Program-made: the position numbers and the translations under genes | NCBI RefSeq assembly: GCF_037042905.1 | Contig: NC_087245.1 | Span: 26,104,001 to 26,168,000 of the forward strand | Direction of reading: 5' to 3' | DNA: 64,000 bases | From: Lytechinus pictus | Lineage: Eukaryota | Notes under the pieces: model-generated | Database searches by the model: none | Told to the model about the DNA's origin: nothing | Seen by the model: only the letters and a program-made list of their open reading frames with translations | Shown: one piece after another, positions 26,101 through 38,100 of the stretch | Layout: each line of letters starts with the position of its first letter | Numbering within the stretch: position 1 is the stretch's first letter

Positions 26101-29100
26101 AATCCTGTTTTTAGTTGTTTACATACAAGATCTTTTTGTTTTGTATGACCTTAGCCGTCTTTGAAAAGATGGTTCCTATTCATTGGTAAGGGCCTTTTAT
26201 ACAGAACTGGCCCTGTGTGGAATTTTGATTGCTTTGAATTGCATTGTGTGAATTTCACTGCCTAACACCTGGGAAATGCATCAGCATTCCCATTTCCCAG
26301 GTGTTAGGCAGTGAAATTCACACAATGGGATTCAAAGCAATCAAAATTCCACACAGGACCAGTTCTCTATAAAAGGCCTTAACCAATGAATAGGAACCAT
26401 CTTTTCAAAGACGGCTAAGATCATACAAAAACACAAAGATCTTGTAAAGAACTAAAAACAGGATTGCTTTCCAATCCACTTAAGTAATTTTTCAAGATGT
26501 ACACACCAAATAATCATTTTGTTTGTACAAATTTGTTGTATGTGTTTGAATGGGGCGCCGTGGTCTAGTGGTTACGACTCTCGTCTTTCAATCAGACGGA
26601 CATGGGTTCAAATTCCAGGCATGATATGTTTTCCTTCTGCAATAAATATGCCCACCATGTGCTGCACTCAACCCAGGTGAGGAGAATGGGTACCGACAGG
26701 ATCAACTCCTTGATTGCACTGAGCGCTAAGAGGCAGCTCGTGCTTAAGTCGGGGATAATAATACTAACAATGTGCCTCGGAATAGATTATTTCTAGATAG
26801 ATGGCGCTATATTCCCACAAAATAAGTTCTGCATTTCAAAATTGACTTCTGTATAATCGGGAGGGAATAAAATTGTTTTGATGCAGTCATGCAGGGTGGG
26901 ATCCTCCTCGACTTATACTTCATTATTACTAATAGAATTCTAATTATACTTCATACTATTTGTATAATTTACGAATTCTATTACGTAACATTCGTATAAG
27001 TCTTCAGAGGATAGCATGTTCAAAGCCACATATCAGAAGTCAATTTCAAACAATTTGAAAGTTATCTCCCCTAATGATCTCATAAAGATCATATTACCTC
27101 AACGTGGTCATACGATGTTGCCACTTGCCAAACTAGAAATATTTATAACACTTCAGAATGAATTGACATTATGAAAATGTAATTAAGGAACACTGAATCA
27201 GCCAATGATTATATTTATATAATTATTAATAAATTGTTTCTCAATGAAGGCGAGGAAATTAATCAGTGAAATATTCCTCATCGATTCATCTTGCAAATGA
27301 TCTCCGATCAATCAAGTACATATCATACTTCTATATAATCCATTGATATAAATGTGAAATATTTTTAAATAATTTTTATATCATTTTAAGGTTTTCTACA
27401 TCAGCAGTAGAGGCGAAAATGGCCTCACTGGAAGAGCCATATATAATAATCGACGTTTAAGATAAGAATAACTAATGTTGGAAGATGCATCGTACTATAT
27501 AAGGATGAAAATAATATCTTGCTTCAGATATCAAAAGTCAAGATATTTCTCTATGATCAAATCAAAAGTTTAGTGGTGAAGGAGGTAGTTAATTATTGAT
27601 GAAACGCGGAACAATTACTGAGGCATCATGGTCAGATGGTATAAAATGTAAAAACTAATTCAGTTTTTGATCTGAGACAAGGTTACTAAATATTTTTAGG
27701 GGGTTCCAATGGGTGAATACTAGACAGTAATCTTTGTCATGTTTGTGCACCTTTAACCTAAGAAGAGTAGTTTAGAAAAAGCAATCAACAAAGAAGAATT
27801 CATAATTGAAGAGAACAAAGTAGTGATGTTCAAATACTTTTCTCATCGTACAAAATAACTTTCATGACAACTCTTGAAAGTGAAATTTGGATGGTTCATT
27901 CAGCGTTTGAGCACGCTGGACGTAATTGCTGTCAGCAGAGAAGAGCAGAATTATTGACGTCAAAATAAGAAGATATAATTTATGATTGCCCCAAAAAGAT
28001 TAACATTCAACAATTTGGTACAATGAAATTGAATCAAACTTCCTTGTAATTTGGTGTGCCAAGTATAAGGATATTCTCCCGAATTGGAAGTCCATAAAAG
28101 GCTGTAATGAATTTAGATGTAAGAATACTTGAAAAGAAAAGCTTCCTGAAAGATTTATAAACTTGATAACCATGGTTTAGATTAAATGAAATTTCATGTT
28201 TTCAAATTTTGTTCGACTAATGAATTTTATCATTACAATTGATAAAGAGTTATATTGCTGTCAAATACTGTAATTGAGACAAGGAGTTCAACAAGGATTT
28301 GTAGGCAGTAAATTGCCTTAATTCAATCATGGGTAGGTCCATGATTCAATAATACTTGATTATCAGCATAGTGGTGGTCGAGGGTGTAGTTTACAGCACA
28401 GCTTGCAAAATTGGAGTTTATTCTTCTAATCAAACTTACGTATCAATTTGAATAGTTAATGATATTGGTATTCATTTGTTTGTGAAAAACAAACGTGTTT
28501 TAAAAAAATTATTGTTCTAGGGCATAGGTGCCGTGCAAGAAATTGATTCCTAAACATTTATGTTGGTAGTTAGCAGGTCAGATACCTTACAAAACATGAT
28601 CGCGACACCTATAAACATGCTAACGATATTAGCAGTGATTGAGATCAATCATAGGTTGTGGAGTATCCGGTTTGAGTATAAGCATAATTGACTGGCACAA
28701 TAAGTAATGAATCTTAATGTTGATAATTGTCAGAAATTAATTTGAGATACAAGTCCAAAATGATGACACTTCGATCTCCAATTTTTTATACATGACATAA
28801 CATAGTCGTCTGATTGAATGATGTAAATAGTAAAAGAACCAACCAGGTTAGGTCCTAGATGTGCCAAGTCGGGTGTTTTTAACTTTCCCCTGTAAAACAG
28901 ACCTCGAGAGCTCGCTTCCAGAAATCCCAGTTTTATTGTTATTCATTTTTTTTTTTTTTTTTTTTTCAAACTATTTATCAACACAATTTCATTTTTTTTG
29001 TGTGTGTATTTCCCTCGTGATCGAGGAGTTAGTAATGAAAAAACTCAATTTCAGCGATACAAATGTACAAATCAAAGCAGCATCCTCTAGGGATCATAAT

Positions 29101-32100
29101 GGCTTATACAATATTTTATATCAGATGACTGATTGTTAACATTCATGAAAAGTTCTCTTGGGAATCCATGTATTATATAAAGTTACTTTAAATATAGTTA
29201 AGTCTTCTTGGTAGCATATTGTATAATTTTGCATGGCACAACGTTGATGGTTCATGGTTGATAGTCTTGTACAAGATGAGTACAGGGTGGAAGAAATTTC
29301 AACTTTGATTAAACAATGGATCTCTGTCCAGTGTTTTTACCAATACCAAAATTGTCGGAGTGCATGTCTGCATACATTCTAAACTTTTGAAAGGTTTAAA
29401 GGTTACTTGATCCAACTTGTTGTACACTTCGGGAATTTGGAATACTCTTAGTATCAACGGCTTGCGTTGGAAAGGATAATTAGGTGCTTTGTCAAGTTAG
29501 AAATCCGATCTGTTTAAATCTTCCTTGTTCAATCTTTTTAATTAAAATCTTCTTTGTTCAATGAATAGATAACAAGAATACATGTACATGTATATAGGTC
29601 CATGGTCTGACAAATCTTCAATGTAGGTTGTCAAGGACAACATGAATGAATGGGAAGGTCTATCAGCAAAATAATGTTCAGGCTTGGGCATGTAGCCTAT
29701 TTACAAAGTCTGGTGAAAATGTACTAGCTACCTCTTTTAATATAAGAATATAGTAATGAGCTATTCATTTAGGCGCCTTGCACGGATGAACTACTAGTTG
29801 GAACAATTTTGCGTGTATTATATATTGTTGTCTGGTAAACCTCAGACAATGAGATTTGCATCTTGGCAAATAAAATTTATTTCAACATGAAGTTCCTTCC
29901 AGATCCATAATCATTTAATGAAGCATTTTTTATCATGCTTTTTTCCTTTGAGGAATGTAAAGCTTCATATTACAAGCAACAAATGGATGATAGTTGAATT
30001 TCGTGACAAAACTTGGCTTTTCCCAGCTTAAAAGCAATTCAAATGACTATGAATTTGCCACTAACCAATCGGGTTATGCGAATATGTAAAATGGCACAGT
30101 AGTAAGTCTATGCATTATCCACGCGAGTTGTGAGATATCTAGCGATAATATCGCTGTTGTGAAGCTCTTGGTACAACTGTTTAATTTGTTTAAAATTTAA
30201 CACAAGAGCATATCGATCATCGTTTTATAAGCAGTGTTGTGCAAAATGCAGCGTTGTGCAAAATGCCTTTTGTGTACAATGTACTCTAGGTTATAAAGAG
30301 AGGCCTGTGCCAGTCCATGTTATAGCGATGTCAGTTTATACTCCAAATCGATGCTTTTTAAACATGTTTAAACGAAAATGGTTCTTGTAAAAGATTCCTA
30401 TGAGGGATAATTCAAAATGTAGGCATAACAATTTTTATACATATAGATACACATGTTCATAATGTCCGGGAATGTCACCCATTATTATGATATGGCGAAA
30501 GATTCATGCCAATCTATGGCAAAGGAATGGTAGCATCTATAGAGTAAGAAACTCTCCATCTTTGGGATGGTGAAAACAAAATCGACTGTCAGAGCAGTAT
30601 TAACTAATACAAGTAAATCCAGTACACAGTTGGCCATGACCATCAGTATTATCGGTGCTCCGGTGTCGTATTGAATTCTTCTGTACACAATCCGATTGGA
30701 ATATAGGCGTATATACTGTAGTAATTACTCGACAACAATTTTAAGAAGGGTTAAATTAAATCCCTTGGTCCAGCACAGTTGCTGTTATTGGTTGGTATAC
30801 TAACCACACATTAGAACGAGTATTGTAGAAAATTTGGCAATGCCAAGTAAGAAAAAGTTGGAAGCAATTTTATTATTCGGATAAATTGAAGTCAAAATAA
30901 GGCTGTAATAAGGGTAAGGCTCGCAATCCAAATCAATGACATGGTTCGATGTCATATCAGCATACGGCTTAATTCGATAAACCAAAGAGTTTACAGAGTA
31001 AATCATTATAATGATGTGAAGGTGTGCTGAATCAGCGAAATTTCTAGAAGAAAAGATAGGGCAGCGCCCTAATGAAGAAACAGTGTAGGGCAGCCCCCTG
31101 ATGTAGAAAGGTATGGCTCACATACCAAAAATATGGGTGGAGGAGCCCTCCTGCCCAAGTCAGCATGACTTGCATGCCTTAAAATATCAGAGACTGCCAT
31201 GATAGCTGCCGCTTTTACTCAACTCCAGGCGGCTTTCCATGCCTGCTCCCCAACGGAGAGCAGGGCTGAAGGAGACCATAGGCTCATGTCTCCTCAATAC
31301 TCACCATGAAGATAAAGATGTGTAGTCACTGCCGTCACACTTGAAAAAGATGGTTCCTATTCATTGGTTAGGGCCTTTTATAGAGAACTGGTCCTGTGCG
31401 GAATTACATTTTTTAATAATATGAATTTTATTGGATTTTTTTTCTAGGTATTACATGATCTTGGTGTATTGAATCCTGATGGTATTGCTGTAGATTGGGC
31501 TGGAAGGAACCTGTATTGGTGTGATAAAGGGTTAAATGTCATTGAAGTATCAAGGCTTAATGGAAGCTATCGCAAGACATTGATCAAAGAGAACCTGGAT
31601 GAACCTAGAGCCATTGCTCTCGATATCATTAGAGGGTAAGTATGCATCATGTATTGTGCTGAAACGACGTCACAAACAACTCGTTTGGCATTTGATACCT
31701 TTCCGTATATCTCTATAGACTATTATGAAAAACATCCACAACCCAGTTTTAGCAAGGGGTTGGTCTAAGGGGTTCCATGACATTGCGACAATTGCTCCGA
31801 TGGAAAATCAGCAAGTTAAAGCCAAACATAAAATCTAACCTCCAAATACTGAATATGGTCATGATGATTTTGAAATGAACAAAAATAAAATTAATGATGT
31901 AACACTTCAACACTCTGCTATGTTTTAAGAGATATATCTCTAGTTATTATTGGTTATACTCATGCTGATGTTTATTTTTTTAATTAAAAAATATTTGTTT
32001 GTACTATTCTAAAATTGTATGCTTAGAATAATTTTCTGAAAGCCCTTTATTTGTTGAAGTTAAAAGTTGTAATATGCCTTGTTCTGTTTCTCTCTTAATA

Positions 32101-35100
32101 TGAAATCAGTTCATCAATATCTGTTCAGATATCAACCTCAGCTTAGATGTTATATTGATTATACATGTACATAATTTTGTATTGTAAACAGTGTCTTGTT
32201 TTGGACTGACTGGGGATCTTCACCATACATTGGAAGAGCAAGTGAGTTTAGTTGTTTATTCATTCATTATATTTTCTTTGATTTACACTTTTTGAATCAT
32301 TCATTTAAATCCCAGCTTAAAACTGAATACCTGTTTAATTATAAGAATAATGAATAAAATTGCAAATCCTTTTTTTCATATGAATAGATTTGTTGATATA
32401 AATCATTAGTAAGTCTGCCCACCTTCCTGCTTTGAAATTTCAAGTCGCATCGATAATCCCTTTCTCATGTGATATTTAAGACATCACTGCATTGGTCAGA
32501 TCATGACCATGGGACGTGCTTTACTGTGTACTAATCAATGAGAGTTTGTGTTAAATATCATGTGCATATTGGCACTTAAATCATGAATTTATGTCAGACA
32601 TAACTCTTTGTGATCCCCCCCCCCCCCGTATACATGTAACATCAGTCCCTTTTATAGCAATTGAGCCATTCCCTTAGTTTGATTTCTGTAATTTTATTTA
32701 TGTATCTCTAAAGGATAGAGATGGTTAGTGTAAAATGGTATTTATCTTTATCCTACTTGTAGGTCTTGATGGACGCCACTTCACAAGATTGGTAACGGAG
32801 AAGATTCAGTGGCCCAATGCTCTAACGGTCGATTACACGACCGATAGAATTTATTGGGGAGATGCACGGGAGGATAGGATAGAGTCTGTCTCTTGGAATG
32901 GAACAAATAGGTAAGAGTGTTACCTGCATTTGTTTCACTCTTTTACTTTTATAAAGAGGAGTTCATCCTTGTCATAGTACATAATAGATAGCAGATGCTG
33001 TTCTACTGTCTGTCTTATTTGAGAAACTTGCCTCTTTTTTTTTTTTTACTGCAAATTGATATTTTAGACCGGATTTATAAAACAAATAATGCACAGATTT
33101 GATGTTAGTGTTGATGTAGGCATCTCCAGTATTCCATTGTTATGTAAAAGCAAATGATGGAGTGTTTCGTGCTTGTCTCACAATGGAACTACTCTTTAGT
33201 GCACTGTAATGCCAATTATTCACATACAACTGTGCATTGTTTTTATCGTACCACATACATGTATAATATGGATAATTAATGATAGTTTCTAATTTACGTT
33301 TGTTGCAGACATACTGTGGTAGGATCTAACGTCCCGCATATCTTTGCCATGAGCATGTTTGGCGATTACATCTACTGGACCGACTGGGACCAACGTAGGG
33401 TCAAGAGGGCTCACAAGTTCACTGGTCAAGATCAGTTAGACCTGGTCCTAGTGGTACATAGACCAATGGATATTCAAGTCCTTCATCCTCTTCGTCAACC
33501 CCGAAGTAAGTATTCAACCCTTACTGCAATGGTCTTACAATAGGAGGGGATGTTTCAGGAGGTATTTGCTGTAGGGGTATCTGTCTATTAATCTCACTTT
33601 CCTCTTAACATAGTTTAAGGACCAATATAAAATCATGGTTCAAAGTTATCTTCAAGGGACTTTTTTAAGGAAGATGAATGCCTTTATAAATGGTGCTTAT
33701 GTATTAACCATGGCATAATGCCTTGCAGAGTACCTGTTGACATTGAGTAAAATGGCCTCATTATATGAAATGTTGGTACGTATATATTGTACCCATTGAA
33801 TGTACATGTGTATATTACATCGGCATGTCCATTTATTATGTTTCTCTCTATAGTTTTTAAATAATATCTTGTCTCTTTCACACTGGCATGTAAACAGTAA
33901 ATATTTCCATTTGATTGGCAATAAAATCTTATGCTAAATACTGTACATAGATGAGTCCATTGTGATATCCCAAGTATGTGCTGTGAAAGCATGTTAGTAT
34001 TCTGGTACCCATTTCACAAAACTTATTATCACAACAGATTTGCAATAACACTAAAAAGCTACTGAAATCATTTGCTTTGATTGGCTGATGGTAAACTTTT
34101 TATAAAAATTGTGCGTTTGTTATGATATCAAGTCTTTACGAAACGGGACCCTGATAATTTATTTGTTTTGTTTTTTCTTTCAGTTGAGAACAATCCTTGT
34201 GGTAAGAGCAACGGCGGCTGTTCAAACCTGTGTCTTCTGAATCAAGACGGCGGAAGGACGTGTGCGTGTCCTAATAATTTCTACCTTGCTTCCGATGGAA
34301 GGACATGTGTATCGAACTGTACTGGAAGTCAGTTTGTGTGTGGGAATGATAAGTGTATTCCGTCGTGGTGGCATTGCGATCAAGAGGATGACTGTGGTGA
34401 CGGATCGGATGAACCTGATAACTGCCGTAAGATCTCGTCATTTATTATTGTATGATGATAATGATATATATTAATAGTCACTTTCTAACAGCTCTACTGA
34501 GCTATTGGGGATTCCCTGTGGTTGTAACCTTATTGCAACTACAAAATGAGGCTCAGCAGCCAATCATGATAAAGGTTTCCATTGTAGATGCAATAATGTC
34601 AAAGTTACAATAGTTTAAGTTTTTATGAAACAGGCCCCTGATATATGGGTAATTGAAAATAGATATGCATTCAAATTTAATTTGAAATTGTTCACCGATG
34701 GTGTGTTCCTGACTTCCAAAGGGAAGCTATTAATCTTTGTTTTATTTGTTTTGTTCAGAAATATTGAATATTTAAAGCAAAATATTTCTTGATCTGTGTA
34801 AATTTTCAGATCAGATCGACCAAAATTCTGTTGTCAGTCTCCATTGTCTTGAAAATAAATAAATTAAGATTAATTGCCATATTTTCATTAGATTTGTGGG
34901 TCACTAGGTTCTAAAAAAACTGTAATATGCTGTGTGGATTAAAGTTAAACTTTAGACAAAAAAAATTTACCTGATAAATGATCATTTAAGAAGCCTTACG
35001 TGAAATGCCTAATCCTAATTTTAGAATCCTAAAACAACATTTTACCTGATAAAGGATCATTCTCGAATCCTAATGTTATTCATTCTGCTACCACCATTCA

Positions 35101-38100
35101 ATTCTGTATTATCAAGCACATCACTTTTATTCTATACCCAGTCCCACGTACAGCATTTTTTGTTTGTTTTTGTGAATGTAGGTCCATTCTATTGCACACC
35201 TGGTCAGTTTCAGTGTCAGAATGCATCTGAAGCTGATAATGAATGTATCAATCCTGCATTCATATGTGATGGTGAGAAGGACTGCAGAGATGGATCAGAT
35301 GAAATGCGCTGCTGTAAGTTGATATCACCTTCTGTTTTCTACCTCATAATCCTAATTGAAACTCTTAAATGATCAAACTACGACGTACATCCTTGCTGGT
35401 GTTATAGCTACATTGGTCAGGCCTAGCCAGCACTCATCATGATAAGCAATGTTTTGACCAACACAAATTTCAAATGAATTATTTTAAACACAACTACTTG
35501 GAAAGAAGAATTGATTTTCTTTCTCCCATCTTGTTTTATTTGCAAAATTTACAACAAGCACTTTTTTTTCTTATCAATGATTTGACAATGTCAGATAGCT
35601 ATGGTATTATGATTGCTCATTAGTTTGGCTTTAAGGCAACTATCACAGACTACAAACAACTTTGTATTACCATGAAGTAGTAACCACTAACACCATAAAC
35701 TGAATGATTATGACTTTGCAAAACTGTCCCAACACATTCAAAGATGAAGTCTGTTTGCCCCCTCCCCCTTCATGTCATATATGTTACACTCAAAGACACT
35801 CAATAACCTTATGTGAATGATGTTAATAATTTGATTGCTATTGCAGTTTTACCAGTACACTGGTTTACCTGCACTGGCATGTTCTTTTCTTGTTCATATG
35901 GAAATTCATATGCATATAAAGAATGGATGAGTGATTATTCTGTTGTATTTTTTTTTCTGTGTTTGTACATACAGTGAATCATACATGTCTGCAGAATCAG
36001 ATCAAATGTGAGAGAAGCAACATATGCATTCCCAAATCCTTCCAGTGTGATGGCATCAATCATTGTGAACATGGGGAAGATGAAGCTATGTGTGGTACGT
36101 ATTTACAGCTTGATTGTATCATACAGTATATACATAATTAAAGAGATTTTTAGTCATGTTATTAAGTTACAATTGTTCATCATTTGTTGACACTTAATGT
36201 TTTCTTGCTGTGTTGACATAGTAGGGCCCCCGGGGTAGGGCCAAAGCCGATTTATAGCAAGATAACATATCTCCATTAATAAATAGCTCTTTCAAGCTTC
36301 CCTAACACTTACATGTATCTGAAGCCTAATGTGATAGGTAATTGACTTTTACTTGGATAGTACTTCACATTGACGGAGCTGCCAAGTAGTACTGATTTTT
36401 GTCTCACCTGCATAGCAGAGTGAGACTATAGGCGCCGCTTTTCCGACGGCGACGGCGGCGGCGGCGGCGGCGGCGGCGACGGCGGCGTCAACACCAAATC
36501 TTAACCTGAGGTTAAGTTTTTGAAATGACAGCATAACTTAGAAAGTATATGGACCTAGTTCATGAAACTTGGCCATAAGGTTAATCAAGTATTACTGAAC
36601 ATCCTGTTTGAGTTTCATGTCACATGACCAAGGTCAAAGGTCATTTAGGGTCAATGAACTTAGACCATGTTGGGGGAATCAACATCAAAATCTTAACCTA
36701 AGGTTAAGTTTTTGAAATGTCATCATAACTTAGAAAATATATGGACCTAGTTCATGAAACTTATACATAAGGTTAATCAAGTATCACTGAACATCCTGCA
36801 TGAGTTTCACGTCACATGACCAAGGTCAAAGGTCATTTAGGGTCAATGAACTTTGGCCGAATTGGGGGTATCTGTTGAATTACCATCATAACTTTGAAAG
36901 TTTATGGATCTGATTCATGAAACTTGGACATAATAGTAATCAAGTATTACTGAACATCCTGTGCAAGTTTCAGGTCACATGATCAAGGTCAAAGGTCATT
37001 TAGGGTCAATGAACTTTGGCCAAATTGGGGTATATGTTGAATTACAGCCATAAATTTGAAAGTGTGTTGGTCTAGTTCATAAAACTTGGACATAAGAGTA
37101 ATCAAGTATCACTGAACATCCTGTGCGAGTTTCAGGTCACATGATCAAGGTCAAAGGTCATGTAAGGTCAAAGAACTTTGGCCACGGTGGGGGTATTTGT
37201 TGAATTGCCATCATATCTCTATAAGTGTATTGGTCTAGTTCATAAAACGTGGAAATACGAGTAACCAAGTATCACTGAACATCTTGTGCAAGTTATAGTA
37301 GTTTTCAAAATCAGCACTGCTGCTATATTGAATCGCGTGATGCAGGTGAGACAGCCAGAGGCATTTCACTTGTTAGTATTTAGTACTGAAAAATTAAAAG
37401 AATACTAATGATAATCGCTAGAGGGTATTCATTTGTCTCGCAATCTACTATGGTCAACAAGGAAATTCGTGATCACTCTCGCAAAAAGTGTTCACTAGCT
37501 TTCTAGGAAATTTGTGATCACTCTAGCAAAAAGTGCTCACTAGCTTACAAGTTCACGAGCTTTCGAGTGCCGCTGCAACTCTTTATCAAGTGACGAAAAT
37601 ACTAATGATTTCAGGCAAAATACTGATTTTTAAAGTTTCAGTTTTATGTGTTGTCCGATGGTATTTTCTTGGAAATGCCGATTTCCTTAGCAAAGTACTG
37701 AATTTTAGCTATAAAATACTCGGATGTTCTTGTTTAGGTTGGCAGCTATGCGCTGACATGGTTGTCCAGGCTAGTACAATGCATTTGAACTTACATAAAC
37801 AACAAGTTGAATCGATTTTGTCTTATTATTTAGATCAAGTTCAGTGCCGAGATGATCAGTTTCGGTGTAATGCAACAGGTCGTTGCATACCTGAAGTATG
37901 GCGTTGTGATGGTGAAGATGATTGTGAGGACCGATCGGATGAGTTGGGGACATGCCGTGAGTTCTGACACGTTATTGCTATTGAACCTGTATATAATGAC
38001 CATCAATGTTAGACATGAATTGTGTTTACTGAAATCAAACTTAATGACAACCCATCTTGGCCAAGAATAGAGTATTACGATTATAATCATACCTTCATAA

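Larger units (their letters stand above)
19485..28988. repeat. Giant interrupted palindrome (inverted duplication, ~2.7 kb arms)
   Basis: 19485..21247 pairs with ~27214..28988; 25358..26278 pairs with 26291..~27214; 12-bp spacer 26279..26290. Confidence 0.93.

Noticed and set aside
19485..28988. Palindrome as a fold-back read or assembly artefact
   Set aside because: The arms carry many substitutions and indels and one has a 4.1 kb insertion with duplicated flanks; an artefact would give near-identical arms. Read-level confirmation is still advisable.
30790..30830. 2A-like peptide (LLxxGDxExNPGP) at ILVLMCG*
   Set aside because: Neither the GD nor the NPGP residues follow it.
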